Source of the DNA: Octopus vulgaris
Lineage: Eukaryota
NCBI GenBank assembly: GCA_951406725.2
Contig: OX597823.1
Span: 1,798,001-1,862,000 of the forward strand
Direction: 5' to 3'
Length of the DNA stretch: 64,000 nucleotides
Position 1 is the stretch's first letter; every line of letters starts with the position of its first letter. Below the pieces are notes generated by a model. It ran no database searches. It was not told the origin of the DNA and saw only the letters and a program-made list of their open reading frames with translations. This document shows, piece after piece, positions 41,374-53,689 of this stretch. The translations under genes were made by a program, and so were the position numbers.

Positions 41374-41749
41374 AACTTCTACTACTACTACTACTATAAA
41401 TTTGGTATTTTACTCCAATCTGAGTGGTGGGTGGTGTCTCCTTGACGTCATTTTAAATTTAAATGACAATTATGAGCGCGATAGTCATAATATACAGGAG
41501 ATGGCAGAGGAACTGGTAAAGGCTGAAGAAAAAGTGATTCCTGTAGCAAATCGATAACAGACATCTTCACAATTCCGAGCATAGTGCTCTCAGAAACATT
41601 TGAAACTGTCGACCATTCATAAAAGGAAGAGAACGACTCACATCTCCAGATATCGCCGCCGCCATATTCTATAACATTTGACAGCATTAACAGCCAACAA
41701 GATAGACAACACTCACAGCAGTATTCTATTTAACCTTTCCATCATCATC

Positions 41750-41791
<42 letters not shown>

Positions 41792-42396
41792 CTAATCAAG
41801 ACTTCATATAGATATAAAATGAAAGATATAGATACCAGAGGGAGTGTATTTATATAGCGCATGCACAATCGTTACTATCCTGAACATAGAGAAGAAGTGT
41901 GAAGAAGCAACAACGCAAAAACACTACGAATTTAGACATTGAAATAAGCTTCCTGATATAATAATTTGTATAAAGATATCTGACGACCGAACACAGAGAA
42001 TGAAATATGCTTAACAAACAATACACAAACACCAAACGAACAACTCTTTATTTATTCAGTTATTTTTATGGTTTCCTGATTTGAAAGTGGGACGTCGCCC
42101 CGTGAACTTCTTGCAGAAACTTCCTGATGGTCCGGATACAAAATTTTAAAAAAAGGGACATACAAGCGGTTTGTTTGAATGTCTACAACAGAGAGAACGA
42201 CAGAGTGGACAATTGCAAAGATAACCAAGGACCAAAGTGCACAAGACTCCCTCTTTTCTCCCTCTCCCCCTCTCTCTCTCTCTCTTTCTTTCTTTCTCTT
42301 TCTCTTTCTTTCTTTCTCTTTCTCTCTCTCTCTCTTTCTTTCTCTTTCTCTCTCTCTCTCTTTCTTTCTCTTTCTCTCTCTCTCTTTCTTTCTCTT

Positions 42397-42431
<35 letters not shown>

Positions 42432-43297
42432 TTCTTTCTCTTTCTCTCTCTCTTTCTTTCTCTTTCTCTCTCTCTCTCTTTCTTTCTCTTTCTCTCTCTT
42501 TCTCTCTCTTTCTTTCTCTTTCTCTTTCTCTCTCTCTCTCTCTCTTTCTCTCTCTTTCTCCATAGGTGCCATATCTACAGACATCAGCCATTTTGGACCT
42601 CCCTACCAAACTCTCAAGATTCATGACTTCTGTTAGGAAACCGCCAGCGACCCTTTCCCGTTGCCGTCTGCCGTTTTCTTTACACTTCATTTGGGTGCTT
42701 CAGCCTCGTTCTGTCTCGAGCTCACCCTCGAGGCACACAGATGGTGGGTGGAGGGTGGCGGGTTGCGAGTGGACTGGCTCACGTGGCCTCAGGTCATGTC
42801 AACACACATTGATGGACCCGTATGACATGTCTAGGGATCAGCCTTGTCTCAGATCCTGTATGCCTAATGCACTGGAACAACCGCTGCCGTTTCATCCATA
42901 ACTGAGGCCATTGGCAGGGTCGTGTCACGTGATTGGCAAAGTAACCGCAACAACATCTCATATCAAACCCTGTTTTGATAAAAAGAAAAAAAAGCAGTTG
43001 CACCAAAAATATTGCTTTTAGGATCAACAATAAATAGTTACAATTGACACCAAAGGGAGAAAACTCAAATATCTTTGTGTCTTTTACTTGTTTCAGCCAT
43101 TAGACTACGGCCATGCTGGGGCACCGCATTGAAGAATTTTTAGTCGAACGAGTTGACCTCAGTACTTCTTTTAAACTAGGTACTTATTCTATCGTTCACT
43201 TTTCTGAACCACCAAGTTACGAGGATGTAAACAAACCAACACGGTGATGGCGGGGGACAAACACAGACATAAAGACACACACAGATATATAGCCACA

Positions 43298-43805
43298 TAC
43301 GGAATTTGAGGAGCAGCTCCACACCACATACAACTGAGTGGAAGGGTCTAAGAAATGCAAATTCTGTGTAGCAAAAAGATTCCATCTTCTTCTTACAACT
43401 AGCAATTCCAACACACTACTTAATTCCAGATCTGAAATTGATAGCAGGTGTAAACACATGAACAGGTTTCTTTTATCGAATTGGAGTGCACCACCGCTCC
43501 GGATTGGCTTGTCTCACAGACTTTTACATATTTTCTGTTATTTTGTTCTACATCAGTTGTATTTAATGAACTTTCTGTAATCAGAAAGGACGAGAAACTT
43601 TGTTTCTTTATTTTATTTCTGTTTTTTTATTCCACTTTTTACACCAACCTTCACCTTTATTCCATGTTTTTTTTTCCACTTTTTTTTTCTTATTTTCACA
43701 CTGTCCAGCGTCCTTGAGTTTAAAATATAATATAACACACAAACAGAGCCTGAAAGATTGCTTGGGGATGCATGCCAGTTCAAGTATCATAAAAGCATGA
43801 AATCA
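43298..43805 (+). mobile_element. Penelope-like 3' end (probably Naiad-type) with hammerhead remnant
   Basis: SKKCKFCV...LLNSRSEIDSRCKHMNRFLL fits the CxxC...LLNxRxE..SxCRH endonuclease tail; CTGAAAGA TTGCTT...AAGCAT GAAA at 43750-43802, cut by a SINE. Confidence 0.65.
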
Positions 43806-44792
43806 TATAAACGACGGGCTTCTTTCAGTTTCCGTCTATCACTCACAAGGCTTTGGTCGGCCCGGGGCTACAGTAGAAGACACTTGCTCAAGGTACCATG
43901 ATGTAGGACTGAACCCCGAACCATGTGGTTGGGAAGCAAACTTCTTATCACACAGGTACACTTGCACCTGTATTTTAGATAATTCAGAGAAGCAGGTTAA
44001 CTAAGATTGTTGAGGGAAGATGGGGGCGGGGAAGCAAGAATTAAGTGACTTGATTGATATGAAAGGCTGGACATAAATGACGGTGATTGGTGTCCAGGCT
44101 ATCAAACCTATTGACAGCAGACGATACTTTATGATGAGCTCAGGAGAGACTGGTCATTGTTATAGCCTCAAGCCCCTGGTCAGTGGATCGATTCTAAACT
44201 GAGGTAGTACCTTAGCTTCTCTTGGGTGGCAATTGTAAAGGACGCATATAAAGACGATGACATCAAATGATGATGATGATGATGATGATGATGACCGTAA
44301 CAAGGATAATGACATTTGAAGTGTTGAAAACAATGTTAGCAACACCAGAATGATAACGATAGCAACGGCGAAATGTAGACAATGTGGGGGTGATAGGGGA
44401 GTGATGTGAGGCATAGCTGTCGTATAAGTGGACATTGTGGTAGGGGTCATCTAACGCCAGTTCATCCCTGACCGCTCACACCTATAATCAAAGACATTCC
44501 GGTTGTGACTATCACGCCTTTACAATCTACAGGAAACCCAGTTCACATTCTCCAATGTGTTCTTCTTCTAAGACCGTAGGATGTGCTTTGAGAGAGATTT
44601 AGCTGCTATTTCTGATAGGTTACGTGGGATGTAGAAGCTCCCTTCGTTGGATCATAGTGGTGATGGTGGTAGTGGTGGTGATTGAAGATAACAGTTGTGT
44701 GGGGGGAAAACAACTTCGCAAACATTATGTTGGTTATAGTAGATGATGCATATACAGTGATATACACACATACATACATACATATATATTTA

Positions 44793-45306
44793 TAGTGAGT
44801 CGAATGTCCTATTATTGCCATTCCTTATATTGTTGAATGTATATTATATAGTCTTTGACTATTTCTTCTTTCTCACTGGACCGCTGGTAGCAGAGAATTT
44901 TTTCTAGAATTTCTTGCTACCCTTATATTTATTAATGAATGATTTTTTGGCTAATTTTGAAATTAAATCAGCAGTTTATATTTGCTGCTGAGAAGACCGC
45001 GCGGTTGCGGTAGAATTTTGAAAATTTAGGCCATATGGACTGGAGGCTTCTTTACCATCGCCCCGTGGACATATACTCGTCCTAGGCTTCTCTACTGACG
45101 AGGCACGCCAGATGTAAATGAATTTAATTTGATTTAATTAATTTATTTACCAAAGTTTGCCGAAACTATGCATAGTCCAGAGATGAAAGGGGTAAACGTT
45201 TTTATTTCTCTTTCTATTTCAGAATTACAACTATTTAGCGGTTTGAGTTTGGCTGCTCTTTCTAGTGAGTTGAATGTCCTATTATGGCCATTCCTTATAT
45301 TGTTGA

Positions 45307-45310
<4 letters not shown>
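44793..45310 (+). mobile_element. retrozyme-like element: 470-nt monomer with 48-bp terminal direct repeat
   Basis: 44793-44840 equals 45263-45310 with 2 mismatches; TA-rich flanks; internal hammerhead; no meaningful ORF. Confidence 0.8.
45089..45183 (+). ncRNA. type I hammerhead ribozyme, intact core
   Basis: UCUCUA CUGACGA GGCA...UGCC GAAA CUAUGCAUAG UC CAGAGA; predicted cleavage after GUC at 45177. Confidence 0.85.
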
Positions 45311-45340
<30 letters not shown>

Positions 45341-45342
<2 letters not shown>

Positions 45343-46410
45343 TTAAATCCTTAAAATCCTTTAAAATGTTTTAGCCCGAAGGCCGCGGCCATGCTGGGGC
45401 ACCACCGCTGAATGAGCTACATTAATTTGTGAATCCACCTCTGATACGTGGCACTTGATCAACAAGGGAGTTCGATGCTGCTGTCCGCATCTGCGTCTCC
45501 TGTCGTGAGGTAGGTTCATCTGGGACTCCCGACAAGAAGAGATCCAGTTTAGCTTTAAAGAAACCCACATCTACACCATGTAAGTCTCTCAGGCATTTAG
45601 GGACGATTTTAAAGAGCTGTGGTCCTCTGAAACCCAAGCTGTTGCAGTATCTGGACCTGTATTTTGATGGTGATGTTGGAATCTTTGGCACCATGCAGTG
45701 GCGCCCCGTTCTGCGGTTGGGGTAACTTTGAATGCCAAAGTTTGGGACAAGACCCTCCAGGATTTTCCAGATGTATATCACCGCATATCTCTCCCGCCTC
45801 CGCTCTAGGGAGAAGAGGTTTAATACCTTCAGTCTTTCCCAGTAGCTGATATTTTGCATTGAGACGATTTTCTTTGTGTAGCCTCTCTGATTTGCTTCGA
45901 GTTCTGCTGTTAGTTTTATATTGTGTGGTGACCACAGTTGGGAGCAGTAGTCCAAGCGGCTGAGGACGAATGTTTTCCATAGGACCATCAGTGTCTCCTT
46001 CTCTCTTGTTCTGAAAGTTCGGAGAATCCATCCAGCTAGCCGTCTGCATTTTATCACCAGATTAGTAATATGCACTTAGAAAGATGCATCATTGCTCATG
46101 TCAATGCCCAGGTCACGCACTGATTTTGACTCAGGGATTGCAATTCTTCCTGGGCCAGTGTATCCAGTCTGCACGTCGTTTACCTTTGTGTGCCAGTAGC
46201 GCAGGGCCTGGAACTTACCTGCATTAAACTGCATGTTGTTGTCCTCAGCCCACCTGTATATTGTGTCCAACTCCTGTTGCAGATGCGCAATATTTTCAGG
46301 GTTTTGTATTGCGTGGGAGACTTTTGTGTCATCTGCATAGCTAGCAAGGGTGGTCATCGTAGCAACTGAAGGCATGTCTTAAAGGGCCACTATGAACATC
46401 AGTGGCCCCA
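45341..46410 (-). mobile_element. CR1-group LINE, 5'-truncated, well preserved
   Basis: LGPLMF, SYADDTKV, QFNAGKF, VRDLGI, SRLDYCSQLWSP, SYWERLKVLNLFSLERRRERY; short (AAGGATTT)-like tail. Confidence 0.9.
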
Positions 46411-46460
46411 ATATTATATATATTATATATATTATATTACATTATATTACATTATATTAC

Positions 46461-46539
<79 letters not shown>

Positions 46540-46542
<3 letters not shown>

Positions 46543-47339
46543 AATTAAAAAAGGAAAATACGCACACTTACATAGTTTTAATATAATTTTTAATATATCG
46601 ACCGGTTTCGCTATCGCTATTCATGATATTATGTTTTACTTATTTGAATATATATTATTTCTTAAGAAGAAATTTTGTCCATGTTGTGTGTGATGAAATT
46701 CACGAGTGAATGACTTCACAAGTAGATAAATAAAGGGAGCTAATTGGTTGTCATTATTATTGTTATTGTTGTGGGTAAGGGAGATAACTGTTCAGCTTTT
46801 TGTAATGGGAGGGGAAATATATATATGTGTATAGACAGAGACAAGTTTCAAAAACCTTGTTTAGTAAGGGGATTTATGTACAATGATGTAATCGTGAATT
46901 GAAATATGTAAAAAGATAAAAGTTGGTTATGCGTGCATATTAAGACGTGTTTTGTATTTTTCAATGAAAAAAGTTTCTTTATTTAAACGTTCTAGTTGAG
47001 AGATTGCGTCTTTGCACTGGTAGAAAGGGAAGACTGTGAAATTTGGCTAGATGTTACCCGCACATTTTTCTACATGTTCACTGAGAGGAATTTGTCTGTA
47101 TTGCGGGAAACTGATTTACTCTTTATGTAGAGTGGTTCTCTTTCTCAAGGTCATACTCGTTTGTCCAATATAGTGGTGTCCGCAACCCGAGCAGGTTATT
47201 GCATAAATTAGGTTCTGAGAATATAATTTCTGAGAAATTATATTAAAACTATGTAAGTGTGCGTATTTTCCTTTTTTAATTTCTTATACGTATTACAACT
47301 CACTATGTGGGGATAATCGAAATTCCTCTTTTCTGTTAC

Positions 47340-47340
<1 letters not shown>
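46540..47340 (-). mobile_element. Penelope-like element 3' end with inverted pLTR fragment
   Basis: GIY-YIG remnant; degenerate hammerhead at 46594-46630; perfect 50-bp inverted repeat 46540-46589 / 47235-47284; (TA)n on both sides. Confidence 0.88.
46927..47220 (-). pseudogene. GIY-YIG endonuclease domain with two stops (absent from the ORF track)
   Basis: SQNLIYAITCSGCGHHYIGQTSMTLRKRTTLHKE*...EH...RLNKETFFIEKYKTRLN. Confidence 0.9.
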
Positions 47341-47404
<64 letters not shown>

Positions 47405-47459
47405 TATATTATATTATATTATATTATATTATATTATATTATATTATATTATATCTTCT

Positions 47460-47790
47460 TTATCACCCTTCTTATGAAGCAGGATGGTATTTGACTCTTT
47501 CCACAGAGAGGGTATTTCACCCTCCTTCAGATAGCGATTGAAACGTAGAACGTGGATTTTCCACAGCACTTCACCTCCGTATCTTAGCATCTCTGTTGTG
47601 ATGCCATCTTTCCTTGGAGCTTTGTCTGTTTCACCAGTTTGAGGGCATTTTCAATTTCACTGGTCAAATTAGGTGGCACTTCTTCCAGCATTTGTGATGG
47701 TGTAGGATCGCGGTTCACTGATGATTTTTAAAAGGTTGGTATTTGTGACCAGCGTTGTATAACGGCATTTAATGGCCTGATTGATGATGT
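47460..47790 (-). mobile_element. RTE-like RT N-terminal fragment
   Basis: EIENAL, KAPRKDGITTEMLRYGG, WKESNTILLHKKGD. Confidence 0.7.
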
Positions 47791-47811
47791 GATACTGTGA
47801 TAGATATATAT

Positions 47812-48497
47812 AAGGAGCATTCCAGAAGTTTTCAGACAAGTTTAAGAGAGACATTTATTAATTCCAAAGAAGCACAAAACTCTAATTTCCTTCAAAGTAG
47901 GATTCTCTGAGTTCATTGCTCTTGCAGTTGCACTCCGGCCATTTCGTGAAGGTCCCATGGAAGTCCTGTAAAGTGAAAGTCTCCAAGACCCTTTTCACAA
48001 CCCCCTTCGTCTTCTCCTTCAGCTTAGGGAAGTCATAAGGAGCAAGGCACTCTCTCAAAACCTCCACAAAGTGTATTGCCGGACCTGAGGCAACTTAATA
48101 GATGTAGATGATCCCCTTGCTCTCTAAAAAAGGGCTCATCATGAACTTCCCGCTGCACTTACATTGCCTGTCTTCTTATGCTCGCTTCGTACACGTTGAT
48201 CCACAATTTGGAGCTTTCATAAGTTTCTCTAATATTTTTGCCAAATTTTAACATAAAACTTAATTGCAAAGCAAGCTTCCAGATTGTGTTCGCGTCCCGA
48301 ATGCATTCTGAAAACTGATCAGCCATGACAAGCAGTGCTTCGTGGGATAAGTTGCCGTTGTAGCCGTCTCCTTAAGAAGTTGGCAGGTTAGCTTATTAAA
48401 TCTATAGAAAGAATTCACTAAAATTACGATGACCTAGAATAGTTACAACTGCCTCTCCTAAACAAAAGTCACAAAATTTCTGGAATGCATCTCGTAT
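47812..48497 (-). mobile_element. deleted mariner transposon
   Basis: Inverted termini GCATTCCAGAAGTTTT / AAAATTTCTGGAATGC with TA flanks; C-terminal F..W.....SYFEG remnant. Confidence 0.75.
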
Positions 48498-48565
48498 ATA
48501 CTTATACTTGTGTATGCATATATGTACCTAAATGCAACATGTGTGTGTGTGTGTGTGTGTGTGTG

Positions 48566-48950
48566 GAGGCGCAATAGCCCAGTGGTTAGAGCTGCGGACA
48601 CGCGGTCGTAGGATCATAGTTTCGATTCCCAAACTGGGCATTGTGAGTGTTTAAAGAGCGAAAACACCTGCAGCTCCACAAGGCTCCGGCAGGAGGGGGG
48701 GCGAGCCCTGCTGTACTCCTTCACCACAAATTTCTTCCACTCTTTCTTCCTGTTTCTGTTGTACCTGTATTTCAAAGAGCCAGTCTTGTCCTGTTCTGTG
48801 TCACACTGAATCTCTCCGAGAACTACGTTAAGGGTACACGTGTCTGTGGAGTGCTGAGCCACTTGCACGTTAATTTCACGAGCAGGCGGTTCCGTTGGTT
48901 TGGATCAACCGGAACCCTCGTCGTCGTCGTAACCGACGGAGCGCTACCAC
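48566..48950 (+). mobile_element. full-length SINE family C (followed by a family B head, 48960-49095)
   Basis: tRNA-like head GGAGGCGCAATAGCCCAGTGGTTAG..TTCGATTCC; tail shared with 2560-2700. Confidence 0.85.
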
Positions 48951-49239
48951 GATGTGTGTGAGTCTGTGTGTGGTAAGAAGCTTGCTTTTCAACCACACGG
49001 TTCCGGGTTCAGTCCCACAGCGTAGCATTTTGGGTAAGTGTTTTCTACTATAACCTCGGGCCGACCAAAGCTTTGTCAGTGGATTTAGCTCGTCGTAGGT
49101 GTGTGTGTGTGTGTCTTTGTGTGTATGTGTGCGCATGTGTGTGTGTGTGTCTTTGTGTGTATGTGTGTGCATGTGTGTGTGTCTGTGTGTGAGTATGTGT
49201 GTGTGTGTGTGTGTGCGTGTGTGTGTATGTGTGTGTGTC

Positions 49240-49274
<35 letters not shown>

Positions 49275-49595
49275 CACTGCCACCTTACACGTGAAAGAAG
49301 TTAATTAAAAACTAACGTACCAGAACAGATTGCATCGTTAGTTGTTGTTGTTGCTGTTGTTGCTATGACTGTTGCTGCCATTCTTATTATTAATGGTGGT
49401 ACTTTTGTTGTTCTTCTGCTTCTTACGATTCCTTATTTATTATTGATTTTTGCTGTTGTTGTTGTTGTTATTCTTGCCCATGTTAATTGTATAACATTGT
49501 TATTTGTTTTATCGCTGGTGTTGATGTTTCTTTTTCGGGAGGGGGATGTTGTCGCACTTGTGTGTGCGTGCGTGTGTGTATGTGTGTATGCAGAT

Positions 49596-49642
<47 letters not shown>

Positions 49643-49754
49643 GTTAGACAGACACACACACAGACAGACAGACAGACAGACAGGCAGACAGACAGACAGA
49701 CACACACACAGACAGACAGACAGACACAGACAGACAGACAGACAGACAGATAGA

Positions 49755-49819
<65 letters not shown>

Positions 49820-50215
49820 GGGCGGATACAGACACACACACACACACACAGACAAACAGATAGGTAGATTGATAGACAGACACAAAGATAGACATACGCA
49901 TACACACACAAATACATATGACTGACGTTGGTGTTTGGATTATCGCTGGTTGACGATGAGGAGGAGGAGGAAGTGGATAAGGGTAATGATGCTGGTGATG
50001 ATGATGATGATGACGATAGTGATGATGGTGGTGGTAACAGTGAGGTGGAGTGAGGGTGGATTGGGGGTGGGGTTGTAGTCAGCCTACAAATGACGCTTCA
50101 TTCCCTGTCGACCTATTTCTTTCGCGCTCATATCCCGCTTGATCAGTCAACCTTAAATGGACTCACCCCACCCATCAACCCGCATTCAATGTCCCTCACT
50201 TGTACCACCCCCCTT

Positions 50216-50247
<32 letters not shown>

Positions 50248-50329
50248 AATGAGCCTTTCGACAAACCGACGGTAAATATAATGAAATGTCAGCATTAATC
50301 TGTGAATGATGATGATGATGATGATGGGA

Positions 50330-51183
50330 GATAGGAGGAGGAGGAGAAGAAGAAGAAGAAGAAGAAGAAAAAAGAGGAGGGAGAGGAGGAGGAGAAGAAG
50401 AAGAAGAAGAAGAAGAAGAAGAAGAAGAAGAGGAAGAAAAGAAGAAGAAGAAGAAGAAGAAGAAGAAGGAGAAGGGGAAGAAGAAGAAGAAAAAGAGGAG
50501 GGAGAGGAGAAGAAGAAGAAGAAGAAGAAGAAGAAGAAGGAGAAGGGGAAGAAGAAGAAGAAAAAGAGGAGGGAGAGGAGAAGAAGAAGAAGAAGAAGAA
50601 GAAGAAAAAAGAAGAAGAAGAAGAAGAAGAAGAAGGAGAAGGGGAAGAAGGGGAAGAAGAAGAAACGGAAGAAGAAGAAGGAGAAGGGGAAGAAGAAGAA
50701 GAAGAAGAAGAAGAAGAAGGAGAAGGGGAAGAAGAAGAAGAAGAAGAAGAAGAAGAAGAAGGAGAAGAGGAAGAAAAGAAGAAGAAGAAGAAGAAGAAGA
50801 AGAAGAAGGAGAAGAGGAAGAAGAAGAAGAAGAAGAAGAAGGAAAGAGGAAGACGAGGAAGATGAAGAAGAAGAAGAAGAAGAAGAAGGAGAAGGGGAAG
50901 AAGAAGAAGAAGAAGAAGAAGAAGGAGAAGAGGAAGACGAGGAAGATGAAGAAGAAGAAGAAGAAGAAGGAGAAGAAGAAGAAGAAAAAGAGAAAAAAAG
51001 AAGAAGAAAAGAAGAGGAAAAAGAAGAAGAAGGAGAAGAGGAAGACGAGGAAGATGAAGAAGAAGAAGAAGAAGAAGAAGAAGAGGAAGATGAGGAAGAT
51101 GAAGAAGAAGAAGAGGAAAAAGAAGAAGAAGAAGAAGAAGAAGAGGAGGGGTGGAGGAGGAGGATGAAGATGAGGAAGATGAA

Positions 51184-51215
<32 letters not shown>

Positions 51216-51345
51216 AGACGAAGAGGAAAAAGAAGAAGAAGAAGAAGAAGAAGAAGAAGGAGAAGACGAGGAAGATGAAGAAGAAGAGGAAAAAGAAGAG
51301 GAAAAAGAAGGAGAAGAAGACGAGGAAGATGAAGACGATGATGAA
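50330..51345. repeat. about 1-kb (GAA/GAG)n polypurine tract
   Basis: Direct reading; very few pyrimidines on the plus strand. Confidence 0.95.
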
Positions 51346-52037
51346 GCGCTGGTGATGCTTGTGGTGGTGGTGGTGGTGGTGGTGGTGTGCTTCTTTTATC
51401 CTTTAACTGTTTTAGTCAATAAACTGCGACCATGCTGGGGCACCGCCTTGAAGAATTTTTTTTTAGTTGAATTGAGCCAAGAACTTGTTTTTTATCGCCT
51501 GGCACTTATTCTATCGGTCTCTTTTGCCAAACCGCTAATTTGCAGGGACGGTAAAAAAACCAACAGCGGTTGTCAAGCGATGGTGGGGGGCGGGGTCAAA
51601 CTCATAAATGAACACACACACACACACACACATATACATTGGAGGGGCTTCTTTAAGTCTCCTTTTTCGGCTCAAGGTTATACTAGAAGAGATTTGCCCA
51701 TGCAGTAGGACCGAACCTGAAGCCATGTGGTTGGAAAGCAAACCTCTTGGCACACAGCTATGCTCGTGCCTAGAAGTGGCCAGCCAACCACTACGGAGAC
51801 TCGAACCCTGATCCTCTCAAATTCCGCTTCAACGCTTTCGACCACTAAACTAGGCGAACCTTGTTGTTTTCTCTGTCGTTTGCTGCTGTTTTGTTGCAAA
51901 TTACTGCTAAACAAATCATTTTCCCTTTAATAAAGGAATTATTGCTGTTGTTGTTGTTGGTGTTGTTGTATGCGTTACACGCTTCAATGAACGTCTTTAG
52001 CTCAACCATCATGACATTATTTTTCTAACGTCTCTCT

Positions 52038-52079
<42 letters not shown>

Positions 52080-52206
52080 CTCTCTCAACTTTATACCTTT
52101 TCTTTTTCACGTCTACACCCAATCTCTCTTTCTCTCTCTTTCTCTCTTTCTCTTTATTCACACACACATATATATATATACACATATATACATATCCATC
52201 ATTATC

Positions 52207-52244
<38 letters not shown>

Positions 52245-52379
52245 GTTCTCTCTGTCTCTGTCTCTGTCTCTCTGTCTCTCTCTCTCTATATATATATATA
52301 TTTATATCATTTCTATATCTATATCTTTTCTTCGAATCATCTTTTCACGTACATATTTTTTCTATAACGCATGCACACA

Positions 52380-52465
<86 letters not shown>

Positions 52466-52751
52466 CTCTCTCGCTCTCTCTCTTCTTCACTCTATCTCTC
52501 TTCCCTCTCTTTCATTCTTTTTCATGTACATTCGCTTCTTCTCTCTGTTTACCAATCGTCTATATCTGTCTATATGTCCGTCTGTCCATCCTTTCTATCC
52601 ATCAATTTTATCTATCTTTCCAACTATCCCTCTATCCAACGTTCGAAACACGGAGTAGATAAAACAGGGGACAACTGATGAAGGGATTGTTTTTTACGAT
52701 GCCTGTCTCTTTTCTCTATTTCTTTCTTTCGTTGTTCGAAGAGGTTCGAGG

Positions 52752-52787
<36 letters not shown>

Positions 52788-53204
52788 CATACATACATAC
52801 ATACATACATACATACATACATACATACATACATACATACATACATGCATGCATGCATACATACATGCATACATATATACATATATATAAAGAATATGGG
52901 GGTTTAGTTCACTGGTGATCTAAACGAATAGGTACGCTGGGTAAGTACCGTAACGGATTATCAGGGTTCCAAGCTCGTAACTAAGACGGGAGTTATGGAC
53001 CCATTTTAGGTTTACGATTCAGCAGATATATATTTGTGAAAGAGGACAACAGACACCGAAAGCATGATAAGCATCAAAAGTCATTATACACTTTTTAATA
53101 TTATTCTTAAGACCTCAACTAATACAATAACAAAATAAAATAATATATATCAATTGAGATGCTTTTTAGGCCTCGGTATTTGTTGCCCTCTTTCACAAAT
53201 ATAC

Positions 53205-53284
<80 letters not shown>

Positions 53285-53416
53285 TATATTGCTCACTCTA
53301 GCACCAGTTAATCCAAAAGGTTTCAACCACGAAAATACATGTTTACCATGAAAGTCAGTACGATTGTTAGCTCACACGGACAGGGCAAATAAAAAATAAC
53401 AAAAATACAGATTATT

Positions 53417-53490
53417 TTGGGACAATTGTTTCGCTATTAATGAATTAAATGTATACTACAAAAAAAATCCATTTGTAGCTCGTCAGCCAA
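53417..53490 (-). ncRNA. type I hammerhead ribozyme, intact core
   Basis: Minus strand UUGG CUGACGA GCUA...UAGC GAAA C-AAUU-G UC CCAA, within a roughly 275-bp island between (TA)n tracts. Confidence 0.85.
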
Positions 53491-53557
53491 GACTACTTGG
53501 TGTGGAATAAATATGCTATTAAATTAGTATCTAATTCTCTCACCCTTATTAATTAAT

Positions 53558-53602
<45 letters not shown>

Positions 53603-53605
53603 ATA

Positions 53606-53654
<49 letters not shown>

Positions 53655-53689
53655 GCATGCATGCATACATACATACATACATATATATG

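Noticed and set aside
41980-42010. CTGACGA...GAAA hammerhead-like string
   Set aside because: No stem II or stem III pairing
42566-42901. ORF after a long CT tract ending in TAG (possible plus-strand exon)
   Set aside because: The tract is a microsatellite and the peptide has no recognisable features
44200-44210. let-7-like TGAGGTAGTA
   Set aside because: Match ends after 10 nt and no precursor hairpin is evident
50306-51355. 349-aa K/E/R-rich ORF
   Set aside because: Open in several frames only because the tract nearly lacks T; no splice or domain evidence
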